In this document: positions 40,151 to 50,485 of the stretch, piece by piece
How positions within the stretch are numbered: the first letter of the stretch is position 1
Layout of the letters: every line of letters begins with the position of its first letter
Source: Eledone cirrhosa
Lineage: Eukaryota
NCBI GenBank assembly: GCA_964016885.1
Contig: OZ024744.1
Coordinates: forward strand, 42,222,001-42,286,000
Reading direction: 5' to 3'
DNA length: 64,000 nt
The notes under the pieces: generated by a model
Told to the model about the DNA's origin: nothing
What the model saw: the letters and a program-made list of their open reading frames with translations, nothing else
Database searches by the model: none
Made by a program: the position numbers and the translations under genes

Positions 40151-42310
40151 TTATGTAATATTCTGCTTGTAGTGGGAAAAAAGGGTTTTAGTTCTGTGAC
40201 GGCAGAATAATGTTCGTTCAATTCTGTTATTCAGCAGTTTCTTCTTGTGTGTGATTATGTAATAAATCTCAAGATTACACAATTTGCAGAAATTTTGGCT
40301 CCTGGAAAAGCTTTGGGTTTTAGCTAATTTTTCCCATTTTAGGGTAAACTTTTGATTGCTATCCCTGAGCGTCCAAGCTTTTTCTGCTAAAGTTGTTACA
40401 TTTCTTTGGCTCTGGTGTTTTATTGAGTAAGAATGCCTATACAATCGAGATTTAAACGATGTTGCCGTTGATCCCACGTAATACCACTCGTTGCCTCCGG
40501 ATTTAATGGTACACTTATAAATAATATTTTTTTCCAGGCAGTTATTGCCGAGGGGGCAGTTGTCAGGATAGGTGCAGTTACAGTTGTGTACGTTGGGTTT
40601 TCTCTGGAGTAGTATTGCGGACGAACTTAGGTGTGATTTATTTATGTTCTGTAGTGTATTGTCTACTGTTTTTTTGGGGTTCTTTGTACTTAAGTTCTTA
40701 GTGTTTTCGTTTAACCTTCTAGTATTGATCTTTTTTATGTGTTGTTCAAGGTTTAACGCTGTAGAGTATGACAGTCTTATAGTGGTAGGGTTTAGGATTT
40801 TGTGGTATTTGTGTGATGTGGGAAAATGTCTTTTAATTATTTTAAAGAAGAGTACTGGTAAATTTGTACTAATGGAGCTATTGTATTCGGGGTTATACCA
40901 TAAGTACTCTTTGCATCGCTTTCTATTAGTTTTGTTTGTTGGTTTACTGGTGTGCATACTATGGTAGTAAGTGTGGTTTGGTGTTGTGTTATTATATCTA
41001 CCTATGTGGGATTTATTTTGGGTGTTTTGATTGTTCCCATCTATGTACTCTATTTTGTTGAGGTAGCCTGCTTTACTAAGGGCGTTATCGTAGTACTCGG
41101 CGTGTTCCTTAAATACTTGTATGTTAGAAGATAGACCCGAGATTCTAAGGGAAATATTTTTAGGGATAGATTTAATTATAGAGATGGGGTGGTTAGACCC
41201 AACATTTACGTATTTGAGATTTTCATTCAATTTATGAAACGGTTTAATCAAACCAGAGTTTAAATTGAGTGTGACATCCAGGAAGTTAACTACTTTAAGG
41301 TTGTATTCATATGTTATAGTTAGTCCTATTTCGAGTAGTAGTTTTCTTATATCTTTGCGTAGTTTTTCTAGTTTTTGGTTATTAAGGTTTTTAGCTAGGA
41401 GGAGAACATCGTCGCGGTATATTCCGCCGTGGAGATTGCTGAATTCTTCCTGGAGTCTAAAGGCGATAAATAACCCCACAATATCAGTTATTTCCGCCGA
41501 ATCGTTAGAGCCCATTGTTATGTCAAAGTTAGAGGGTCTATCTTTACGTACCCAATAACTGTTCTCAAATTTGACTATAGTTTTCCTAGCTTCTAATATA
41601 ATCTTAATTTCATCGTTTGTAAGGTCAGAGTTATCCTTAGCAAACTTAATGGCTCTATTCAAAGTTTCAGGTGATATCGATGAGTAATATTCATCGATAT
41701 CAAACTGGATAAACTTAGATTTATTCTTATTGCTAATGCTATTAAACCATCTTATTGCTTCTTGGGTCTTCCCCCAGAGTTTAATGTTAACCTTAGCCTT
41801 AATTTGGGGGATGATTCTATCTAAGATATATTTGCTTATTTTACCTATATCTGATTTAGAGGGGCAGATTAATCTAATTTTAGGGTCATTATCAAAGTTT
41901 ACCTTGTGGTCCTTAAGATTGAAGGTGGGTACCGCCGGTAAGAGTGGTCCTGTCCTATCTTCGATTCCGAGATTTTTCACTATTTCGCATGCCTCATCAT
42001 TGATGTGCTTAAGTGTTACTTCACTCGTTTTTCTATATTTTTTATGTAATTCTTTTCGAATGAAGTTGTTGTATGTAGTGCAATCCATAGTGTACAGGTT
42101 TGATGTTTTGTCCGCTTTTACTACAATTCCTTTGGTGTTTTTAAGGTCGTCCAGTAGTTTTTTTATATCTTTCTGTAATTTGCTGTTGGTGTTGCGTCCT
42201 TTGAATTTAATTTTAAGGATTAAGTTCATAAGGTCCTGCTCAAATGCATCTAATAGTGGGTTGGTGGGTGGGTTTTTACAAGTCCTAAAACCGAATTTGT
42301 TGTTTACACC
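40151..42310 (-). CDS. PLE reverse transcriptase + GIY-YIG endonuclease; uninterrupted for about 720 codons, N-terminus truncated
   Basis: KADKT, LKDHK, FDIDEYYSSI, MGS..SAE, GIYRDD, NFLDVTL, CNC..CPL..C, IIYKC..YYVGST..FK.R, CKLC..E. Frame stays open upstream of Met 42229 to the inversion junction. Confidence 0.9.
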   Translation of the reverse strand, partial: GVNNKFGFRTCKNPPTNPLLDAFEQDLMNLILKIKFKGRNTNSKLQKDIKKLLDDLKNTKGIVVKADKTSNLYTMDCTTYNNFIRKELHKKYRKTSEVTLKHINDEACEIVKNLGIEDRTGPLLPAVPTFNLKDHKVNFDNDPKIRLICPSKSDIGKISKYILDRIIPQIKAKVNIKLWGKTQEAIRWFNSISNKNKSKFIQFDIDEYYSSISPETLNRAIKFAKDNSDLTNDEIKIILEARKTIVKFENSYWVRKDRPSNFDITMGSNDSAEITDIVGLFIAFRLQEEFSNLHGGIYRDDVLLLAKNLNNQKLEKLRKDIRKLLLEIGLTITYEYNLKVVNFLDVTLNLNSGLIKPFHKLNENLKYVNVGSNHPISIIKSIPKNISLRISGLSSNIQVFKEHAEYYDNALSKAGYLNKIEYIDGNNQNTQNKSHIGRYNNTTPNHTYYHSMHTSKPTNKTNRKRCKEYLWYNPEYNSSISTNLPVLFFKIIKRHFPTSHKYHKILNPTTIRLSYSTALNLEQHIKKINTRRLNENTKNLSTKNPKKTVDNTLQNINKSHLSSSAILLQRKPNVHNCNCTYPDNCPLGNNCLEKNIIYKCTIKSGGNEWYYVGSTATSFKSRLYRHSYSIKHQSQRNVTTLAEKAWTLRDSNQKFTLKWEKLAKTQSFSRSQNFCKLCNLEIYYIITHKKKLLNNRIERTLFCRHRTKTLFSHYKQNIT

Positions 42311-42862
42311 ACTTGTTTACACCACAGGGATAGCAATCAAAAGTTTACCCTAAAATGGGAAAAATTAGCTAAAACCCAAAGCTTTTCCAGGAGCCAAAAT
42401 TTCTGCAAATTGTGTAATCTTGAGATTTATTACATAATCACACACAAGAAGAAACTGCTGAATAACAGAATTGAACGAACATTATTCTGCCGTCACAGAA
42501 CTAAAACCCTTTTTTCCCACTACAAGCAGAATATTACATAAAAGAGGGACATCCCCCAACTATATAAACCTTAATCTAGTTAGAAAAATATAAAAACAAT
42601 CTCTTCTCAACATATATTAATAACCTTAAATTACCATACTAATAATGAAAAGATATGCTGATGAGAATAGGTACAAATATGCGATAATGAATGTGTCTAA
42701 AAACGTCCATAAGTATGTATATATATGTGAAAATGTATATAAATAAGTAAATATATATATATGTTTGATGTGTATAGTTAGATGTAAGTGTATTCATGTA
42801 TTAAAGTGCTTATATATATATATATGTGTGTGTATGTGTGTATATGTGTATGTGTGTATATG

Positions 42863-42949
<87 letters not shown>

Positions 42950-43494
42950 GTGTATGTGGATGTGTATGTATGTGTATGTGTGTACACATGGACTAGAGTA
43001 TGTATGTATATATGTGTGTGTCTATACGTGTGTATATATAAAGATAAGTTGAGTATGAAAATGTATACACATGAGCGCGTATGTATGTACATGAATACAT
43101 GTGTGTATATATATGTGTATGCATGTGTATATATATGTAAGTATGAATATGTGAATTGTGAGTATATGTATTTTGTAGAGGTGTGCAAATATATTTGTGT
43201 GTGAATGCGTGGGTGAAAGAATACTACACTTGAAAGAAAAATTTAAGTCTGAATGTTAAGTGCAAACACAAAACCAACCACGCATATCTTTACTATCTCT
43301 AATCCTTCTATAGATTTAGAAAAATAACCAATAATATATTCTATAAAAAATGTCAAAACAACAGATGGGAATCTAATTACTCACTGCCACCAAGAATTCT
43401 CACTGCTATCGAAAAACCACTCCTTCAACTATTCTTCTAACAACTTCACCCCTCCCTCCTAATATTCTCTATAAAAACTAAATAGGTCCTCAGT

Positions 43495-43618
43495 AATATT
43501 ATTCTGATGAAATGACAGTAAATAATAACATTGAAATATTGAATGTCTGCATAACTAAAAGTTTGTAGATAGCTGTTTTAGGTTATGTAACTGTTATAGA
43601 AACACGTGTCAATAAATT
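43495..43618 (+). ncRNA. Hammerhead motif with 88-nt stem II (inverted pLTR copy)
   Basis: TTATT-CTGATGA-aATGACAGT...ACTGTTATa-GAAAC-ACGT-GTC-AATAA. Confidence 0.65.
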
Positions 43619-43790
43619 CCTTTCAACTAAACTGTATCCATTCAAATCTTTCTATTTTTCTCCGGATTACTTTTGGAACTACAACTGGAACCGTCGAGCA
43701 AACTCTACGTGAGCTGATAATCTACTGTGTGTAATATTTATATTACAACACAACGGAAAATACTGTATATATATATTTATATATATATAT

Positions 43791-44205
43791 AGTATAAAAG
43801 AGGAAACACAGGTAAGCATTAAGAGAAGGATTTTATCGACCGTTTCATTGGTAAGTGCAACCTTATATTGCTATACTGCAAATAGCAGCCACTCAATTAT
43901 AATTGTTGTTCACGTCCAAATTTTCAAAATATTGAGTAAGTTACTCTTGAAATAGTTCTTAATATATAGAGAAAAACATTTTTTTTTTGGAATTGTATTT
44001 ACTAGTATATAGAGAGAGGAAGAGGAAGGTGAGGGGACAAACGGAATAGTATAGAGAGAGAGGAAGGAGCAGAAGGGTTAGGAAGTAGAGTGACAAACTG
44101 AGATGGAGAGAGGGGTAGAGGTGGAAGGATTCCTTGATCAGTTTTGATACGTAGACTTCATGTCGCCGATTGTAGTGAGTTAAAGAGAATTAAATTGATC
44201 GTAGT

Positions 44206-44287
<82 letters not shown>

Positions 44288-44607
44288 TAAATATATATAT
44301 AAAAAATAAAGATAAAGATAATAATGACAAAAATAAAAGCAAAGAAGGGAGGAGAAAGAAGAAAAGAAAAGATAGCCAAAAGGGGGAATAAAGGAAGAAA
44401 ACGAAGAAATAGAGGAGGAATGAAGGAGAAGGGAGGGATATAGGTATTGGTTTTTGTGGTTAATTAAAGGGGTTAGATACAATAAGAGGGTATAAAGTCT
44501 AAGTATATGCAGTTTGTCAGTTGGTAGTAAGAGGTTAAGGGTTCGATTTGCACGTGTAGTGCGAACACTTTTCTTTTAATGCCTACCTGTGTTTTCTCTT
44601 TTATACT
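43791..44607. repeat. Non-coding unit bounded by about 40-bp imperfect inverted repeats; probable PLE pLTR relic
   Basis: AGTATAAAAGAGGAAACACAGGTAAGCATTAAGAGAA vs TTCTTTTAATGCCTACCTGTGTTTTCTCTTTTATACT; GAAAC-G-GTC half-motif on the minus strand near 43843-43851. Confidence 0.5.
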
Positions 44608-44744
44608 TTATACTCCAAGATTGAACGGAATTCTTACAAACTTGTGGAGTTACCCCTAACCGTACGTTGAAACCGTCCATGAAACTGGCTTTCTTAACCA
44701 CGAACTGGATCACAATAAGCAATTTTCTGCTTCCCTAACTATAT

Positions 44745-44859
<115 letters not shown>

Positions 44860-44954
44860 GTTAAAATACTGGAGCGTGTTGGAGTTAAACACCCTCTTCG
44901 TATTATAGAAATGACAGTAAAAGGTATAGATCAATGTAATTAAACAGAGCCGAA

Positions 44955-47030
44955 GATGCATTGTGATGATGCATTGTATGATGCATTGTGATGATGCATT
45001 GTATGATGCATTGTTTGTAATTAACTCTAGCACCAACAATGTCGAGCATAATAAGAAGAAGCTTTATAAGTTTTTTAAAAGCTATAACCTTTCGATCACG
45101 ATAGATAGAAACGATAGAGCGGTCAACTTTTTAGATGTGACTTTGGACTTGGTCACTAATAGTTTTAAACCCTTCCATAAGCCTAATGAAATACTTTCTT
45201 ATGTTAGTCCCAATTCTAACCACCCCAAATCTATGATAAGCTCTATAATTAAGGGTGTATCTAATAGGATTTCCACACTCTCTAAGGACGTAGGAACATT
45301 TAATGAACATGCGGAGTACTATAATAATGCCCTAGCAAATTCCGGTTACTCTAGTAAAATACATTATAATAATAGTAACCTTAGAAAGTCTCCGCTTACT
45401 TTTAATAATAATAACATAATATCACATAGCATGGCCATGAATGGGAGTAGGAAGCATAATAACCGTAAAAATTACATAGGTGTATCTGAACCCATCCATA
45501 AGTTAACCCACGGGACTCGTAATAGTGAATATAATACCTCTAGGAAACAAGTCGAACCCTCTGAGCGCTCACTCATTGGTGATAATTTTGCTAGATCTTA
45601 TTCTAATAATGTTGCTTCTACTGATCCTATTATTGGCCCTAATCCTTTTGATGGGATTCCAGACAGCAGCAGATCTACTGGAGGTAGAAACAGTAATAGA
45701 CTTAATGGAATTTTGGCTGATTCTAATAATGCAGTTTTAACTAATCCTTGTAGTAACCCTAGTCTTGATGGTGGGATATTAGATAATGGTAGAGACGGTA
45801 AGAATAAAAATAGAAGGAGATTAAATACTTATTTTAACCCGCCATATAATCAGGAAGTATTAACTAATATCCCTAGGTCTTTCTTTTCTATCTTAGAGAA
45901 AAATTTCCCCCTTCTCATAAATACCATAGTATTTTTAATAAAAATGTTATTAAACTTTCATTCTCTACCACCCCTAATATTAGTTCTCATTTAGCTAGCA
46001 CTAACAATAGGAAAATTAGGGATGGATTCTCCTCTCTACATACTACTAGTCTGAACAGATCCGGAAATGCCTTACCACCAGAACAGACCTTATCTAATAA
46101 CAATCCTACGTGTAATGCATCACCACTTGAGCCAACCAATAGCACCCGGAAGTGTAACTGTAGAGTGAGTGCTAACTGCCCTTTAAACAGTAACTGCCTC
46201 TCTAAGAACATTGTCTATGCTTGCGTAGTTATAAATAATTCCTCTAATAGAACTTATATAGGCTCTACATCTAACACTTTTAAGACTAGGTTTAATTCTC
46301 ATATCTCTAATTTCAAACATGTTAAGTTTAAGAATTCTACTTCTTTAGCACATTATATCTGGGATCTTAAGGGGGCTAATATACCATACAGCCTTAACTG
46401 GCGTTTAGTAGCACTCTCTAATAACCTTTCTACACATACTAAATTTTGTAATCTCTGTATCCTCGAGACACACTCTATAATTTTCTCTAGCGAATCCTTA
46501 CTTAATAGAAAGTCTGAGATATTCTCTTCTTGCCCCCATGCTATTTCTAACTCTTACTTTTATTATAAACCTAAAGGTTCTAGTAGTACAAATTGTATCC
46601 ATTAGCTGATATATTCCATTACTTATTTTTTAGTTTAGGTTCTTTTTGTTTACCACCATTATTATCATCATTATTATCATTGGTTTTTGACAACTCTTTA
46701 TTCTAGCTCTCATAATCTTTTGGCTACTATACCATATCTATCTTCTTACGCATTAAATTTTCACTATTAACACCTTATGAGTATATATCTGATTATATAT
46801 TTTACATTATTTTATTTTATTTCATTTTATTTTATTTTATTTTATTTTTATTTTTATTTGGATTCTTCTTTGGATAACCCCCCCCCCCCCCCCACCGCAT
46901 GCGCACATAAACTTATTGTCAACCCCTCCAAATAGATTATGATTATATTTAACCCCCCTCCTCTTTTACGCTCCTTTCTATTATTTAATATAGTATATTA
47001 ACTATGATTTTATGCCCCTTTGTATCCTTT
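44955..47030 (+). mobile_element. Penelope-like element, 5'-truncated at the RT DD motif
   Basis: DDALFVI, NFLDVTLDL, YFNPPYN, CNC..CPL..C, IVY.C..YIGST..FKTR..H, CNLC..E. One frameshift near 45910. Confidence 0.88.
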
Positions 47031-47085
47031 GATATTAATAAATGGAAACTATCTTTATAAAACTATATTTATTGTATTATATATA

Positions 47086-47656
47086 CTAGCAGAAAAACCA
47101 CCCTCGGGTGGTTTTCTGCTAGCATGTGTATATTGATATTATACGCAAATATATATGCATGTAGATATGATACATCAAATAAAATCATAATTGAACGAAG
47201 TCTGCGTTACACTCTCTTATGTAATCAGTAACGTAATCCAAGATACATTAAAACGATATTATATATAAACTGCATTAGGAGAAAAATTAGTGACAGAAAT
47301 ATATGAATGTTTATTTAAGTGATCGCTAACCGGAAGCGTTAACATTTGAAAATTTTAAAGAAGTGAATCTTTAAATAAGCAATAAAATATATTTAATCAA
47401 AAGCTACGAAATTTAGCAGATAAATTATGTAATATTCATTCATTATTTATTCAAAGTAATTCCGCCGAGGTTAACTTTGCCTGTCATCCTTACGGAGTCG
47501 ATAAAATAAAGTACCAGTAATGTAATGGGTAATTGCTGGCCTTGTGCCAATAGTAGAAACAATTATTTATTCAAAGTAATCCAACTTATTTTACAAACGG
47601 GATAAAAATTATATTCTGGATGCAGTCCCGCACTCCTTACTTTATTATAGCTTAGA
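47086..47656 (-). mobile_element. Non-autonomous Helitron
   Basis: A|TC at 47656, CTAG|T at 47086, terminal hairpin. The empty site GAAA|TATATATAAT is preserved in the opposite palindrome arm. Confidence 0.85.
47461..47561 (+). mobile_element. 5'-truncated SINE with 19-bp TSD, inside the Helitron
   Basis: TSD ATTATTTATTCAAAGTAAT at 47442-47460 and 47562-47580; same family as 37461-37572. Confidence 0.88.
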
Positions 47657-47701
47657 TTTCAAGGGTACCAACATTTTGGTACGCTCTCATCAGATAAAAT
47701 A
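47638..47701 (-). ncRNA. Chimeric hammerhead motif (core from the fold-back arm, 3' strands from the Helitron 5' end)
   Basis: TATTTTAT-CTGATGA-GAGcGTACCAA aatg TTGGTACcCTT-GAAAT-ctaagct-ATA-ATAAAGTA. Confidence 0.55.
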
Positions 47702-47798
47702 CAAAAGTTGTTTTATAAATAGTGACATATCCAAACAGAACTTAAAACGATAAGTTCTTGTTTTTTAGATATGTCACTATTTATAAAACAACTTTTGT

Positions 47799-47857
47799 AT
47801 TTTATCCGATGAGAGCGTACCAAAATGTTGGTACCCTTGAAATATATATAATAAAAT
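47799..47857 (+). ncRNA. Hammerhead motif (U4C variant)
   Basis: ATTTTAT-CCGATGA-stem II-GAAAT-ATAT-ATA-ATAAAAT; 7-bp stem I, palindromic loop III. Confidence 0.65.
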
Positions 47858-47944
47858 AAATATGGTTTTATAAAGAAAGTTTCCATTTATTAATATCATT
47901 GTATATATTTATATATAGATATTAATAAAATGGTATATATGCCT

Positions 47945-49395
47945 AGCAACATCATTGTCAATTGCTACAAGGGTAAAGGTAACTATAGAGGTATAAATCT
48001 GATGGACCAGGTCATCAAAGTAACAGAAAGAGACATAGCACAGTTGATTAGTGATACAGGAAATGTAGATGAGATGCAGTTTGAATTTGTACCAGGCGAA
48101 AGCACCACTGATGCCCTCTTCCTTGTGAGGCAATTACGGGAAACGTACCTAGTTAAAAGTGAGCCGCTCTACTTATCATTTGTTGCTCTGGAGAAAGCTT
48201 TTGACAGCGTGCCAATTACCATAATCTGGTGGGCTCCTAGAAAACTAGGAGTAGATAAATGGCTTGTGAAAGCTGTACAAGCCATATATAGGGGAGCAGT
48301 CAGCAAAGTGAGGATTAACAATGACTATAGCGAGGAATTTAGCATACAAGGTGGTGTCCACCAGGGCTCTGTTCTTAGCCCTCTCCTGTGTATTATAGTA
48401 TTGCAGTCTATAAGAGAAGAACTTAGGACTGACTGCCCATGGGAACTTCTGTATGCGGATGATCTTACACTCATAGCTAAATCTATGGTAGAACTAGAGA
48501 AGAAATTCCAAACATGGAAGCAGGGCCTAGAAAGAAGGGGTCTTAAAGTCAACCTGACGAAGACTAAGGTCCTCCTCGTAAATAAAAGAGAAAACAGAAC
48601 CCAGATCCCCTTTGGAAAATGGCCTTCTTCAGTATGTAGGTAGAAACTCCATCCTCTGCACCATATGCAAACTATGGGTACACAAGAGATGTATTGGGAT
48701 CTCAGGAAGTTTGGTTAAGGATGTAGACTTTTCATGTAGCAGTTGCACTGGGACAGTAAGTAACAAACGATCACAGGAAACAAGCACTAACACATTCTGG
48801 AAAGGCTTAGTAGAAAGAATAGATAGCTTCTGCTATCTAGGTGGCCAAATTAGCAGTGGGGGTGGGTGTTTTGAAAGTACAATAACCAGGGTAAGAACGG
48901 GATGGAGAATGTTCAGGGAGCTACTACCACTGCTAGCTACAAAAGGCTTCTCACTCAAAATCAAAGGAAGACTGTATGATGCATGTATACAAACAGAAAT
49001 GTTACATGGTAGTGAGACATGGTCGCTGTGTGCAGAAGACTTGCATAGATTGGAAAAAATGAAGCTTGCATGCTCTGATGGATGTGTAGTAGTAATATAC
49101 ATGAACGGCACAGCATAGACGAACTGGGAGAGAAACTAGGTATAAGAGGAATTAAATGTTGTGTGCAGGAGAGGAGATTACGTTAGTGGAGACATGTGAT
49201 GCGTATGATGGATGACAGCTGCCTAAAAAGGTGCAGAGTGCTCAAAGTCGATGGAAGCCATGGAGTAGGAAAAGCCAGGAAGACTTGAGATGAGGTGATA
49301 AAAACTGACCTTGCCCAAGCGCACCTCTCAAAGGCGATGACACAAGATCAAGATCTATGGTGTTATGCAGTAATACTGAAGACTCGCCTTCCCAT
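47945..49395 (+). mobile_element. Second RTE family, 5'-truncated RT copy, degenerate
   Basis: NYRGI.L, LEKAFD, GVHQGSVLSP, LLYADDL, Cys-rich insert, GRLYDACI...HGSETW. Followed by SINE/RTE-tail-like sequence to about 49760. Confidence 0.85.
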
Positions 49396-49784
49396 GAGCA
49401 CAGGCTGAAGCTGAAGCATATATACAGTATGCCCTGCCACAACCTTTCACTGTATAGAGGTCGTGTAAGTATGACGACGAAAAGCACCCAGCCTACACTG
49501 TAAAGTGGTCGTGTAGATGTCATGTCAAAAACTACCCAGTCAACACTGTAAGTGACCGTGGAGGTATAAGAACAAAAAGCACCCAGTACTCTCTGTAAAT
49601 GAGGTTTGTGTTAGGAAGGGCATCCATCTGTAGAAGCCAAGCCAAAATCAGTTCTGTACAAGCAAAGCATGGTCACCTGACAATGACAGAAAAACTCGTC
49701 TACCCCATGCCAGCGTGGAAAAATGGACGTAAAACAGTGCTAATGATGATGATGATGATTTATTTATGTTCAGACATGGAAGAC

Positions 49785-49952
49785 AAGCACTACCTAAGGT
49801 TTTAAGGCCCAATATTGACCATATCTCCAGAATGTAAGGGGGATCAAAATTGTGACCTAAGCTTCAAGCTTGGAGATTAGGTCACAATTTTGATCCCTCT
49901 TACATTCTGGAGATATAGTCAATATTGGGACTTGAAACCTTAGGTGGCGCTT
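49785..49952. repeat. About 170-bp fold-back palindrome (MITE-like)
   Basis: AAGCACTACCTAAGGTTT...AATTGTGACCTAA / TTAGGTCACAATT...AAACCTTAGGTGGCGCTT. Confidence 0.85.
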
Positions 49953-50219
49953 TTGCTCTGTGCCTGTCTATCTAGACCTATAACACCTGATGGAGTTGTA
50001 GGGTTACCACCTTGACATATGTCGTTTCTAGGGCATTTTAAAATCTGGTGGAACCCATCAACTCTCCAGATCGGAACACAGCAATTTTCTTCCAGAGAAG
50101 GGTAGACATGTGAGAAATAGATTAAGAGGACGAATCAACCCCAATACTAGATTGAGCTCAATCAGGAAGAGAGTTAAAATGTTATATTATTTGTTTATAT
50201 TAATACATGGAACAAAAGA

Positions 50220-50485
50220 TGGCAAATTGACAGAGTTGCTAGAAAATTAGATAGAATGCTTTGCGATATTTGTTTCAGCTCCCTGCTCACTGAGATCAAA
50301 TCCCATCTGGGTCAACTTTGCCTTTCATCCTTTCAGGAGAAATAAATAGAATACCTGTCTAAAGGTAGTGGATTGGAAGAATTCTTGATAGAGTCAGACA
50401 GAATTTGGCAAAATTGTTAGAGCATTGGATAGGAAGGCTAATGGTATCTGATCTGACCCTATACCTTCTGAGTTCAAATCCAGCA
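50220..50485 (+). mobile_element. Two degenerate SINE pieces (same family as 10657)
   Basis: GAGATCAAATCCC...GTCAACTTTGCCTTTCATCC; second head TGGCAAAATTGTTAG...GAGTTCAAATCC. Confidence 0.6.

Larger units (their letters stand above)
39032..43765 (-). mobile_element. Young Penelope-like element with a 1.3-kb inverted pLTR
   Basis: 39032-40367 is the near-perfect inverse of 42325-43656. (TA)n on both outer sides. Confidence 0.92.
47031..47898. repeat. About 300-bp fold-back (after removing the Helitron) made of two inverted hammerhead-bearing arms
   Basis: 47031-47085 + 47657-47745 are inverse to 47751-47898. Confidence 0.85.

Noticed and set aside
41730-42353. 207-aa plus-strand ORF and other antisense ORFs over TE coding regions
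   Set aside because: Shadow frames of the RT ORFs with no recognisable motifs.
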